The translations under genes and the position numbers were made by a program. A stretch of DNA of 60,184 nt, the filler included, from Barthelona sp. PAP020 (taxonomy: Eukaryota): the NCBI GenBank assembly GCA_040182905.1. It is 3 parts of 3 records of this genome, joined end to end, with 100 filler letters (N's around TTAATTAATTAA, not from the genome) between each part and the next. Parts side by side here need not be neighbours in the genome. Positions count along the whole stretch, not along the records: positions 40,257 to 60,184 come from JARQWU010000198.1; 2 more parts are not named here. One strand, 5' to 3'. Each line of letters opens with the position of its first letter. Within the stretch, counting starts at the first letter, position 1. The notes beneath the pieces are model-generated. The model was not told the DNA's origin. It saw nothing but the letters and a program-made list of their open reading frames with translations, and ran no database searches. Below are positions 42,277 to 53,197 of the stretch, piece after piece.

Positions 42277-42547
42277 CTTGTAAAAAACAATTAAAAAAAA
42301 AAAAATTTCTTTTCCTCTTTTTTATATTCCGCCTTTTGACAAAGATATGAGTTGTCCTTTAATCAAAACAAACATTCCATGATATTAATAAAATTTTTCA
42401 AAACAAAAAGTTCTTTGAAGTGTCACCAATTTTGATTTTGCGCGTTTTTTTTTCAACTGCAAATGGTTGAATAAACCTTCTCAAAAAAAGAAAGAATTAA
42501 TATATGTCATAAAATTCAATAAACACAGACAATTTATACATATTAGA

Positions 42548-44545
42548 CTAAAGCAATTTGACAATATCTTCAAATCCTTGTTGAACAGCAAGATCAACAG
42601 GAAATAAACCTTCACTATTTTGCATACTAACAGCTTGAAAATTCAAAAGTATTTTCACTGTTTCAAATTGATTGAACATGACAGCGTAATGTAATGGCGT
42701 ATCCTTCATATTATCTGCAATATTTGGATCACAACCACATTCCAACAAAAGTTTCACACAATCAAATTGCCCAGTTTCTATTGCCGAAAATAAAGGTGTT
42801 TTACCATTAACATTTGTGGCATTAACGTTGGCATCAGCAGATAATAGCTTCTTTAATATTGACAAATAACCAAAATGAGCGGCGGTATGTAAGGCACTGT
42901 GGTTAAATTTATCAATGGGGTTGGGATTGGCGTCAAAATTCAATAAAAGGGTGGCGATTTCTTCATATCCATGCGCTATAGCAAACAACAACACATCCAT
43001 ATCAATTTCTTCGAATCTAATATTTGGGTTTGCACCATTTTCAAGTAATAATTCAGTCAAAGCCACATTATTGTTCTTAATAGCAATCGCTAAGGGCGAA
43101 TGTCCTTTATATGGTACATCCACACTAAGTCTAAAATTTAACAAATAGCTGACAACATCAAGATGCCCTTGATCAACAGCCAAAGAAATTGGTGAAGGAT
43201 TTTTGTTTAAATCAATGTTTTTACACAGCTTTAACAAATACTCAACAATGGTTAAATGGCCATTAAATGCAGCCACGTGCAAAGGGGTAAAATTAAAATC
43301 ATCATAGGCATCAACTTTTGCTCCTTTTCTAACTAACATCCTGACAAAATCCAAATTCCCAGCTTCTGCAGCTTCATGAAGTGGTGTTATACCTTCTTCT
43401 CCTCGAGAATTTGGTGAAATACCTGAGGCTAATGCATAACGTAAAGTAGGTCGATTTCCTCCAATTACAGCAGCATGAAGAGTGGTATATCCCGATTTTG
43501 TAACAACATTTATTGATGCTCCATGTTGAGCCAATAAGACAACAGCTTCACGATTTCCATTCGAACAAGCAATGAAAAGTGGTGTTTCACCATCCTCCAA
43601 AGTTGAGTCAACATCAACCTCAAAATCCAATAACAATTGCATCACATCCAATGCACCGGCAAGTGTAGCAAGATGTAAAGAAGAATAATCATCACATTTT
43701 TCAAAAGGATTAGCACCAAACCTCAATAGAACTTCAGTACTTTGTAAAATTCCTTGTTCTATTGCATATAACAATGGAGTGAAAGTCATTTCACCTTCCC
43801 ATCTTACGTTTATATCAGCTTTATTTTTCAACAACACTTCCAAAGTTTCAGGAAATTTAATGGCAGCATGAAGACAAGAAACACCATTTTCATCCCTAAA
43901 ATTTGGATCTGCACCCTTATTAAGCAGTAAATCAACAATATCCCAATATCCATGTTCACATGCAGCAAATAATGCGTTAAACCCACCTTTATTAACAATA
44001 TGAATATCGGCATGATATTTCAAAAGATACTTCACGTAATCACTCTTTCCATGAATACAACTCAATAATAATGGAGTATTTCCCTCTAAATCTTGTACAT
44101 TAGGGTTTGCTCCTGCCTCTAATAATATTTCTAATGCATAAAATTGACTATTAGAAACAGCAATATGCAATGGTGTAGCATTACCCGGTCCAGCTTCACA
44201 ACAATTAATATCGGCCCCATTATTAATATATAAACGAATAAAATCTGTATTATGAATAATAGCTGTTCCTAATTTATTATATCCATTACTCTCAGGTAAA
44301 TTAATTGAAATAAATGATAATTTTTTCATGATTTCATTTAAAAGAAGATTTTGTCTTGTGGAAAAATAATCCATTGGTTGTTTACAACAAGGACAATATG
44401 CGTTTGTTGATAACCACTTCTTTAATCTGACACCACTAAAACTAAAACCATAATCATTTGTTACTGTTGTATTTGAAAATAATGACTTTGTTATTGGATC
44501 AATTAAATATTGCTTAATGGAATTAGTATGTAAATCATCACTCAT
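42548..44545 (-). CDS. U-box/RING-like + ankyrin repeat protein (putative E3 ligase)
   Basis: YLIDPIT...GFSF....LKKWL....CPCCKQPM...NLLL then about 16 ankyrin repeats (TPLH.A). Confidence 0.85.
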   Translation of the reverse strand: MSDDLHTNSIKQYLIDPITKSLFSNTTVTNDYGFSFSGVRLKKWLSTNAYCPCCKQPMDYFSTRQNLLLNEIMKKLSFISINLPESNGYNKLGTAIIHNTDFIRLYINNGADINCCEAGPGNATPLHIAVSNSQFYALEILLEAGANPNVQDLEGNTPLLLSCIHGKSDYVKYLLKYHADIHIVNKGGFNALFAACEHGYWDIVDLLLNKGADPNFRDENGVSCLHAAIKFPETLEVLLKNKADINVRWEGEMTFTPLLYAIEQGILQSTEVLLRFGANPFEKCDDYSSLHLATLAGALDVMQLLLDFEVDVDSTLEDGETPLFIACSNGNREAVVLLAQHGASINVVTKSGYTTLHAAVIGGNRPTLRYALASGISPNSRGEEGITPLHEAAEAGNLDFVRMLVRKGAKVDAYDDFNFTPLHVAAFNGHLTIVEYLLKLCKNIDLNKNPSPISLAVDQGHLDVVSYLLNFRLSVDVPYKGHSPLAIAIKNNNVALTELLLENGANPNIRFEEIDMDVLLFAIAHGYEEIATLLLNFDANPNPIDKFNHSALHTAAHFGYLSILKKLLSADANVNATNVNGKTPLFSAIETGQFDCVKLLLECGCDPNIADNMKDTPLHYAVMFNQFETVKILLNFQAVSMQNSEGLFPVDLAVQQGFEDIVKLL

Positions 44546-45140
44546 AATCAACAAAAAAAAAGATCTCTGACTTTCTAAAATTAATCATCCAAAATAAAAG
44601 AAGCTTTTCTTTTCAAATAATATTTATATCCAAATAAATTTTGATGGTATTAATTTTTAATTGTTGTGTGGTCGCTAAAAAATAATAAAAAAAATTTGTT
44701 CTTGAATTCAATATTTTGAAATTGTCAATCAATTATTTTTTGACTTGAAAGTAGTTTGAAATAATTAATAAAAATTTTTGATTAAATTTTAGATTCAATG
44801 ACAAAACAGGTAAAAAAAAAACATAAAGAAACCTCTTATACCTTTATTCAACGTTATTAACCCTCAAAAGAACCACAACAAAACAATTTAATACTTCTAA
44901 GGGCTTATGAAATTTTTGAGATTTTTGTAAAAAAATACTTTTGTGATTGCTTAACATGGATCATTTCCAAAAATTATTAAAAGAAAAAAAACAAATGGTA
45001 TTGACAAAGTTCTTTTCAACCAAATTGAATTTTTCCATAATACCCCTTTCTAAGACTAACAAAATTATTTCCTCCAAAATTCCTGCTCTTCAAACAAAGA
45101 ATCTCACAGTTAAACATAATTAAGATTAGCTCTTTTTGCA

Positions 45141-46421
45141 CTAATCATCTTCATCGCTACTGGAACTATCAACGATGGCCTCCACAAAATCCCGCATATT
45201 ACCATCATTCCTTTCGTTGATATCAACTAAATCCCAGCATATATCAACGATTGAGGTATAATCATTAATATTCATCCTGATTCCATCTGCAACCAATTGT
45301 CTAATAAATGAATGTTGAAGCTTACGTGAATTCAAAATAGTCAGAATACCATCAAAATTTCTTGAAAGGTCAAACAATTCTTCTTTAAATACTTCCACAT
45401 CTGATGATATCGAAAAATCTTCAAAAGCATATCGTTTAATACTGTTTCCATCACAAACCCCACAGCATAAAAATAACTGATCTGGAGACAAAGAAAATGA
45501 AAAAATTTCTCCTTTGCACCCACATTCTACCCTTTGAATCTCTTCATTCTTCAAAATATCAAATAGAGTAATGTAACCATCACCAGTCATCACAATTAGT
45601 ATTTTGCAATTGTAATATTGTAAACAACCCACACAACTGTTCATAGTTAGTGTACTCTTCGTGCTAAAAATGTCCAGATTATATACTGCGATTTCTCCAA
45701 TTCTATCCCCTACAGCAAAAGAAGTTTCAAAAGGATGAAAATCAATAGATTTGATACAACCTTTATGGTTGTATAGTTGAATAGTTGTCAAATCCTCCAT
45801 ATTCAACAATGCCGAAGTTTTGTCATCATTGGCTGTCAGCAAATATTTACTATTCGGGGAAATTAACAACTTATTAAAAAAATGGTCAGTTTCATGGATT
45901 TTCGAACATTGAATCCACTTTCCAGTTCTAAAGTCCCATTTTTTAACATAACCAAAATAATCTCCAGAGAAAATATAATTGGAACAATTTGAAAAAACAA
46001 TCGTTGTTACCCAAATACAATTATTTAATTTACGATACAAAGAAAAATCCTCAACTCTGTATACACAAATGGTAAAATCTTGAGAACATGTTGCCATCCA
46101 TTGACAATCATTTGAAAATACTATCTCACATATGTACAAAAAATGATCATGCAAAGTTTTCAACAATTCTCCAGTCACGCCATCAAAAATGTATGTATTG
46201 TACTTATTTGTATCCGTAAAAGCAAAATATTTACCATCTGATGAATATTTGCAACTGTATGTCCGACACATCAATGAATTCATCAAAATCTCAACATTCT
46301 CTTCATCAATTTGTGTCGTTAAATTTTTATCAACACATTCAACAATTTCTTTTGTCTGACAAGACATCGAACATTTAAATAAACGAAACAAAAATAAATA
46401 AAATAATTGCTTGCCAAACAT
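45141..46421 (-). CDS. WD40 repeat protein with conserved C-terminal CWDLVDINERN domain
   Basis: WD blades (MATCSQDFTICVY, FSGD..GYVKKWD, LLTANDDKT); start 46421 or 46367. Confidence 0.9.
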   Translation of the reverse strand: MFGKQLFYLFLFRLFKCSMSCQTKEIVECVDKNLTTQIDEENVEILMNSLMCRTYSCKYSSDGKYFAFTDTNKYNTYIFDGVTGELLKTLHDHFLYICEIVFSNDCQWMATCSQDFTICVYRVEDFSLYRKLNNCIWVTTIVFSNCSNYIFSGDYFGYVKKWDFRTGKWIQCSKIHETDHFFNKLLISPNSKYLLTANDDKTSALLNMEDLTTIQLYNHKGCIKSIDFHPFETSFAVGDRIGEIAVYNLDIFSTKSTLTMNSCVGCLQYYNCKILIVMTGDGYITLFDILKNEEIQRVECGCKGEIFSFSLSPDQLFLCCGVCDGNSIKRYAFEDFSISSDVEVFKEELFDLSRNFDGILTILNSRKLQHSFIRQLVADGIRMNINDYTSIVDICWDLVDINERNDGNMRDFVEAIVDSSSSDEDD

Positions 46422-47026
46422 GATTTGAGAATGTTGTTGAATCTTTTTTTCTTTATATATTCACACAATAATTCTTCAATTTGAAATTTGTCAGACATAA
46501 TAATCCATTTTCACAAAAAAAAAAAATGAAAAATAGGATTTTTATCATTTTGTTTTCTATTAAATTGCCAAATAAACATCAAAAGTCCATATAATGTGGT
46601 GTTAAATGCTTAATTAAAGAAAAGAATTAAAAAGAGAAACACTCTTCATCTTTTCTGCCAGTTTTTTTCTTTCTTTCCCTTTTTATTGGAAGTTGCAAGT
46701 TCAAATTTTCGCGTTTCCTGTTAGGTGATTATAATTTTAAAATTGAATTCATAAATTTCTAAAATACCTTTGAAATCATATTTTTTGAAAAAAAAAAACC
46801 ATTATTCATCACTTTTACAGATTTCATTATCACATTAATTATTGCAGTCAATTTTGTTCAAATTTTCTTCTTTAACTGAAATTTTTTTTTCTGTATCGTT
46901 TTATAAACTAAACACTTAATTGTAAATATTTTTTATGATTATGTTTGCCAATATTACAAAAAATTCAATAAAAGCACCAGAATATGAAAGAATTAAGTTT
47001 TGAACACTTTTTATTATCAAGCGAAA

Positions 47027-47917
47027 ATGTTATACTTTATTGGAGCATGTAATACTGATATGATTGCATATGTTGATAGGTTTCCCAATGTTGGAGAAAC
47101 CGTTTCCTCAAATTTATATCAACAAGGATGTGGTGGAAAGAGTTGTAATCAAGCTGTTGCGTGCAGTATTTTAGGAGGAAATACTTCATTTATTGGGTGT
47201 GTTGGTAATGATAGCAGAGGTATTGATTTCATCAATAATTTTAAGCAATATAATGTCAACACTGAGCTATTAAAAGTTACTGATGAGCAACCTACGGGAT
47301 TAGCGATGATCGAAGTAGATAATTCAGGTGATAATCGAATTGTTATTGTACCTGGATCAAACAATTCAGTTTCCACAGAGCAAATTGATTCTTTCTTAAA
47401 AAAAGCCACTATTGATGATTATTTAGTTGCTGGATTAGAAATTCCTTATGAAATTACAAAATATGCATTGGAATCTGCTCAATCTATTGGAATGAAAACT
47501 ATATTTAATCCAGCGCCTGTTGAACAATGTGATGAAGATTTATTACCTTTTGTTGATTATTTAATAGTGAATGAACATGAAAAGTCCTTGTTAAACATTC
47601 AACAAGGACAAATTGACAATTTAATTGTTACGTTGGGAGGTGATGGATGTATGGTTGAATTTGTTAATCAATATGGAGTTATTGAAAGCTTTAAATTTCA
47701 AAATCCAGAATTATCTTCTTCAGTTGTTGATACTGTTGGTGCTGGTGATTGTTTTATTGGTTCTTTTGTTTATTTCTTATCACAAGGGCATAGAATTCAA
47801 AAAGCTGCTGAATTAGCTATGATTCCTGCAGCTTTTTCAGTTACAAGAAAGGGTACTCAAACTTCTTATCATAAACGTGAGGAATTACCCTTGTTAATGG
47901 AAAGAGAAAATTATTAA
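47027..47917 (+). CDS. RBKS: Ribokinase (PfkB family)
   Basis: GACNTD, GGKSCNQAVA, GCVGND..G, NPAP, VNEHE, VDTVGAGDCFIG. Confidence 0.92.
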   Translation: MLYFIGACNTDMIAYVDRFPNVGETVSSNLYQQGCGGKSCNQAVACSILGGNTSFIGCVGNDSRGIDFINNFKQYNVNTELLKVTDEQPTGLAMIEVDNSGDNRIVIVPGSNNSVSTEQIDSFLKKATIDDYLVAGLEIPYEITKYALESAQSIGMKTIFNPAPVEQCDEDLLPFVDYLIVNEHEKSLLNIQQGQIDNLIVTLGGDGCMVEFVNQYGVIESFKFQNPELSSSVVDTVGAGDCFIGSFVYFLSQGHRIQKAAELAMIPAAFSVTRKGTQTSYHKREELPLLMERENY

Positions 47918-48164
47918 ATTGTTTCTTGATTTTGTAAATTGCCTGCTTGTTTTTTCCTTTTCTTGTCTTTCTTTATGTTTGAAAGTATTAGCAGTAATTT
48001 ATATGTTAAAGTCTTATTTGCAAAAGAATTTTGAGAAGAAAAAGATTTTGAGCCAAATACAAAATTTCCCTTTTAAACTTTATAAAGAAAAAAACTATTT
48101 TAAGAAACATGTACGTAAATAACTTTCGGTGGAAGTATTTGTGAAAAAATATTGTAATAAAAAA

Positions 48165-48644
48165 CTACCCAACAATGGGAGATTTACTATTTTTCAATGT
48201 ATACAATTCATAAGATTCATCATCCCAATCAGGCTCTATTCTTTTAGCCAAAGAAGAAATTGAAGGTTTTTTGCTCACCAATGGAGTTTTGATTTCAGTA
48301 AAATCATAATTCATGTTATTCTCAACATTAATCTTCCCTTTATTTTCCTTTAATGGTGTTTTCATTGTGCATTCAAAATCTAAAGTGTTATCATCAACAT
48401 CCGAAAAAGAATCTATCACATTTTGCTTTAAAATTTCATGTTTAACAAGAAGCTTGGAAATAACCGATATTTCATTAGAAGTGTAACCAATCTGTTTCAT
48501 CATCTCAATATCATTAAATTGACTTTCGGAATCATCTGGTAATTGATCGACTACCACGTCACCTTCAAGAGAAATTATATCAATAAACTCTGAAAATACT
48601 GGTTTCATATCATGTATATGATGGATAAAAATAACCAATGTCAA
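48165..48644 (-). CDS. Small hypothetical protein; start uncertain
   Basis: ~150-aa protein-like ORF with KTP/SP motifs. Confidence 0.5.
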   Translation of the reverse strand: MTLVIFIHHIHDMKPVFSEFIDIISLEGDVVVDQLPDDSESQFNDIEMMKQIGYTSNEISVISKLLVKHEILKQNVIDSFSDVDDNTLDFECTMKTPLKENKGKINVENNMNYDFTEIKTPLVSKKPSISSLAKRIEPDWDDESYELYTLKNSKSPIVG

Positions 48645-48721
48645 AAGGATTTTTTTATCGAATTCTTGACGTCATTTTATTTTCTTTTACTTAATTTCAT
48701 TTGTGTTTATTGTAATTCAAT

Positions 48722-51700
48722 ATGTCATTGATACATTCAAAGGATTTGATTGAAAAAAATATCAAAACTGGTAGTGTAATTCGAGTTAATGGAAATCAAT
48801 ACAGTGTAGAGAATGAAATTGGATCTGGTGCTTTTGGTACTGTGTTTCAAGTTTGTGATTTAGTTACTAATAAGGGATATGCATTGAAGAGAATTGTAGC
48901 TATGAATATTCACACTCAAACCCAAACTGAAATTGAAATAAATATCTTTCAATCTCTTCAACATTGTGAATATATTCCTAAAATTAAAGAATTTGAAAAG
49001 ATAAATGTAAATTCAGATCGAATAATTTATTTAATTGTGATGGATTTTTGTAACGATTCCTTAGTGCATCAATTGAAGAAGAGAAAAACTAAAAATAGAA
49101 GAAATCACTTTTCTGAGGCTGAATTGATTGAATTAGGTTTGGATATTGCAAAGGCAATCAAGGAAATACATGATATTGGATACATTCATCGGGATGTAAA
49201 GATAGAAAACGTTTTGAGAGCAAATGGTAAATGGTTATTGTGTGATTTTGGAAGTGCTACTGATGAAGAGTTTGTGGCAAAAGATCGTTCTTCTGTTTTA
49301 AAAATTGAAAATGAATTATTTAAATTCACAACACCAATATATCGACCTCCAGAATTATGGGACTTATGGCGAAAACAACCAATTGGGAAACCAATGGATA
49401 TCTTTGCTTTTGGAATGATGTTATATTATGCAGCATATTTTACGTACCCTTATAATGAATTAGATTGTAAGTTAGGTATCGTTTCTGGAAAATTAAATTT
49501 CCCTGAGACACCAAGATACCCCCAGATTGAAAGAATCATAAAAGAGTGTTTTACGAACGATTCTACGTTAAGGCCAAATATTCACAGTATTATTGATTTT
49601 TTGAAAGGGAACTTTCCCAATGTTAATACGACATTACCAAAAGTTATGTATGCTGATGATGTTCAACAGAGTTTTTTCTTTGATTTTGATGATAATACTG
49701 AAACCCAACGAACTAATTCTTCGCCTCCTCAAAAGGAAGAAAATTTTGACGAAATATTTTTTACTGAGAATACAAAAAAAGAACAATCTGTTGAAAATTG
49801 GTTTATGGACGCTGAAACTTCCAATGAACATAACAAAGTTTTAACAAAGCCAAGACTTGCTAAACAAGATTATGTTACACCTTTGAACCAATCAAATGGT
49901 TTTTCAGAATCAACTTCTCAAGAATTTTTTGACAGTTTTGAGACAAATCAATCCAATACAAGTAATAATAGCAATTTTGAAGATGAATTCTTTGAAATTA
50001 ATCCCAAAAGAAGTTCGGTTGAGTCAATTCAATCTGATTTTTCTTTTGGTTCTGTTTCATCTCATAATTCTCATCAAAGAACTGCAAATATTCATACCCA
50101 GAGTAAAGCAAGTCTTGTTTCCCCTGATATGAACTCCTTTCAACAGTCCTTTGAAAATTGGGATGATCATAATCCTCAACCTAGTGATGATGATGGGCAA
50201 CCATTATTTTTTGATGAACAAAATATGATTAATTCAGGGATTTCAAAAGCTTCAAATGAGACTAGTTTTTTTGCTGAAGAAGAAGAAGATAGAAACCAAA
50301 ACTTTGCTGACCATCAAAATGCGCAAGAAACCTTTTTCAGTGATGATTTTTCTGAGAATGAGGTAAAAGCTATTGAAATAAAGGCATCTAACAATAACGA
50401 TTTCCAAAATGCTAAAAAGAAGGAAAGTGCCAGTTTATTCAATCATTTTGCATCAAATAAAACCAATGAATTAAGGAAAGCCAGCGGTTTTGATGATATT
50501 GGTGATAAAAAAACTTTAGGATTTGAAATTGAAGACAGAATTAATAAAAACGATATAAATATTTCCAATAAACGAATTCTGAGTCATGAAACCAGTAAGG
50601 CTATTGAACATTGGACTGATAGAATATCTGCTTTTTCTGGGGGGATTACTGAACATGTTGTAAAAGCTACTTCAAGAAAGAATGATCCACCACGTCACAA
50701 ACACACCAGATTTATTATATGTTGGGTTGAAGAACACAATACAGAAATGGACGAATTTATGAGTGCCTTACTAAGAAGACCATTAAATGATCCTATTGTT
50801 GCTGCAAAGAGTTTGATGGTTTTATGTAGGATTTTACAACAAGCTTCTTTCTTTTTTATTCGACATATATCTTCTTCGTTAAGAAAAAATAATCAACCAA
50901 ATCTATTTACCATTGTTAATAAATGTTCATTTTCTGCTGGTTTAAAACCATTGATCAAAGATGCAATTGAATATTTGGAAAATCGTATTGCTTTACACAA
51001 TAAGGTTCATCAGTTGGAAGGAAATTTTTCTTTGGATTCAATAATATGGTTCAATGTTTCAAACCATTTGAGAGAAACAGATCCAAATTTCCATTTAACC
51101 AATAAATCTTTTGAAATGAATGAACAATTGGAAATTTTACATGATGTATTTGCTAAAGGAACTTGGAGAGATAATTTATTAGATATGGGAATTAAAATGT
51201 TTGAAAATACCATAACATATTTGAAAAGATATAAAAATATCATTGCTAGAGAAGAAGAAGACAGTGTTATGATTGATTCTTTGTTTATTGTTGTGCTAGA
51301 TGATGCTATAATGTTTTGGAAATCTTTATATTGGTGTTTAGGTGCTAGCGTTATCTTAAGATTGAGGAATATTGTTGTTGAAACAATTTTGGAAAAATTC
51401 GAAAAAGCTACTGAAATATTTATGGATTTAATCAAATTTTTTGATAATCAAACTGATATCTCAACAAGAGTCAATATCCCACCAGAATTATTGATAGGAT
51501 TAAGTCATGATCTCTTTGTGTTTTCTTCTCTTGAAATATTGAATATTTGGCCCAATGTAAGTTTAGATTGGAATGTTAGACGAAAGTTAAGTGACAAATT
51601 TTCTTTGTTCACGAAAAATCACGCCAGGTTTGTTGAATCCTCATCTTCCCCAATTGAAGAAAAAGATACAAAAATTCAAAGAGAAGACGATAATGAAAAT

Positions 51701-52051
51701 TTGAATGTGGAAAAGGAAAAAGAAATTGAAGTCAACCAAATTAAATATGATGATAATAACGAGGTCAACAAGGTTCTTTCAGATGATGATTTCTTTCAAG
51801 TGGTAAATACATCAAGTGATGTTGAACAATTCTTCAATATTGAAACACAAAATTCAGAAATTTATGATGGACCAGCACCATTAGAAAATGTTCAAGAAGT
51901 TGCTGAAACTAAGAATTTTGAAGAATTCTTTGATACCATTGAAACCCATCAATCTTCCCAAAATCAAAATATTGTAACTCAAAAAGATGGTAAGATTAAT
52001 TGTTGGGATACATCAATTAGAAATGATTTGGATGATATTTTTGATTTTTAG
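48722..52051 (+). CDS. NAK-family (AAK1/GAK/Ark1-like) kinase fused to an ANTH-like domain
   Basis: GSGAFG, ALKR, HRDVKIEN, LCDFGSAT, TTPIYRPPE; later VVKATS....PP.HKH...L.RRP...IVAAKSL.VL.RILQ. Confidence 0.85.
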   Translation: MSLIHSKDLIEKNIKTGSVIRVNGNQYSVENEIGSGAFGTVFQVCDLVTNKGYALKRIVAMNIHTQTQTEIEINIFQSLQHCEYIPKIKEFEKINVNSDRIIYLIVMDFCNDSLVHQLKKRKTKNRRNHFSEAELIELGLDIAKAIKEIHDIGYIHRDVKIENVLRANGKWLLCDFGSATDEEFVAKDRSSVLKIENELFKFTTPIYRPPELWDLWRKQPIGKPMDIFAFGMMLYYAAYFTYPYNELDCKLGIVSGKLNFPETPRYPQIERIIKECFTNDSTLRPNIHSIIDFLKGNFPNVNTTLPKVMYADDVQQSFFFDFDDNTETQRTNSSPPQKEENFDEIFFTENTKKEQSVENWFMDAETSNEHNKVLTKPRLAKQDYVTPLNQSNGFSESTSQEFFDSFETNQSNTSNNSNFEDEFFEINPKRSSVESIQSDFSFGSVSSHNSHQRTANIHTQSKASLVSPDMNSFQQSFENWDDHNPQPSDDDGQPLFFDEQNMINSGISKASNETSFFAEEEEDRNQNFADHQNAQETFFSDDFSENEVKAIEIKASNNNDFQNAKKKESASLFNHFASNKTNELRKASGFDDIGDKKTLGFEIEDRINKNDINISNKRILSHETSKAIEHWTDRISAFSGGITEHVVKATSRKNDPPRHKHTRFIICWVEEHNTEMDEFMSALLRRPLNDPIVAAKSLMVLCRILQQASFFFIRHISSSLRKNNQPNLFTIVNKCSFSAGLKPLIKDAIEYLENRIALHNKVHQLEGNFSLDSIIWFNVSNHLRETDPNFHLTNKSFEMNEQLEILHDVFAKGTWRDNLLDMGIKMFENTITYLKRYKNIIAREEEDSVMIDSLFIVVLDDAIMFWKSLYWCLGASVILRLRNIVVETILEKFEKATEIFMDLIKFFDNQTDISTRVNIPPELLIGLSHDLFVFSSLEILNIWPNVSLDWNVRRKLSDKFSLFTKNHARFVESSSSPIEEKDTKIQREDDNENLNVEKEKEIEVNQIKYDDNNEVNKVLSDDDFFQVVNTSSDVEQFFNIETQNSEIYDGPAPLENVQEVAETKNFEEFFDTIETHQSSQNQNIVTQKDGKINCWDTSIRNDLDDIFDF

Positions 52052-52290
52052 TTGGTTTAAGGAAATTTTGTAAATTTTGATGATTTTTATTTTTGAATTG
52101 ATTGTTTAAAACATGTAAATTGGATAACATTGACAACAAAGAATAGTTTTAAATGCAAGGCAACCAAAAGTGTAGAATGAAGGTTGTTTATAAACATTTG
52201 TTTCAATAATTGGGAATGTATTTTTTGTGAAGAAAAGTAATTGCAAAGAAAATTAAATGATTGAGGGTCAAAACAATTATACCAATTATT

Positions 52291-52445
52291 GTCCAAGCTA
52301 AGAAGCACTGTGCGTATGAGTAAACAAAAAAGAATGCTGCTTATTGGATTGATGGCTTTCGAGATCCGATTGATCTGTTGAAGGACTTTTGATTTTCAAA
52401 GTAAAGTTTAAACTTTGAAATTTTTCTTTTGCAAAAATACAAAAA
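52291..52445. repeat. Repeat module D copy
   Basis: AAGAAGCACTGTGCGTATGAGT...GTAAAGTTTAAACTTT...GCAAAAATACAAAAA, direct repeat of 54985-55145. Confidence 0.85.
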
Positions 52446-52726
52446 GCAGGGTAGGAATTCTTTCCCAAAGACACAACCTAAATTCACACAATATACTTTC
52501 AGTCTGGATCTCACACCCTGAGTTTTGCCGATATTCCCTAAAATGACTCTTTAGGTTTTCTTTCTCTGTAAATTAGGTTATATCACTACTAGACCAAATA
52601 TCATGACATTCTATCTCTTTTTTTTGTTTAGATACCGATTGGTCAAGTCCAACACAACAAAAACAAAAAACATCAATAATAAATGACGTTGCTTTTATTC
52701 ATTTAAATTGAAGGTTGTTACACAAT

Positions 52727-52980
52727 TCCAACGTTGGAGACTCTCATGAAGAAGTGAAAAAAGTTTGGTTGATTCAAGAAACAAGAGAAGATTTGATGGA
52801 TAAATATCGCACTCCTGCAAGTTCAATTTGTGAATTTTGTGAGTACAAATATGTCAATACCATCACCACATCAACAAATCGGTAAAAACAAATTGGAACA
52901 ATGTCTTTGTAAAGAACATTCAAACAAACATCATTATGACAAGCTTTCATAATTGTGCGACATTTTCACAAAGTTTAAAT
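52727..52980 (+). pseudogene. Possible decayed B-box-like zinc finger coding remnant
   Basis: Broken frames ...SSICEFCEYKY...* and LEQCLCKEHSNKHH...*. Confidence 0.25.
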
Positions 52981-53197
52981 CAATATCTTAAGTTCAATTG
53001 GCTGCATCAATTCGAAAAAGGAAATCTAAAGAAAGAATTAATGAATATTTTGAAGAGTTCTCCACAAACCAGTCAATTATCATCGAATTTCATTTTGCCA
53101 ACAACTAAATTAAAATAATGCCTGATTTGAGGGATAAATATGAAATATCCAAAGAGAAATGATAAATTTGGGGGTTTCTTAATTTCTTTTGTCGACA

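Noticed and set aside
42436..46716. CGCGTTT (MCB/E2F-like) motifs at ~42441 and ~46710
   Set aside because: Only two instances; no supporting context.
48665..48690. 26-nt minus-strand intron (GTAAAA...GTCAAG) that would give ORF 48165-48644 an ATG at 48700
   Set aside because: No CTAAY branch point, shorter than the other introns, and only 21 nt from the divergent kinase start.
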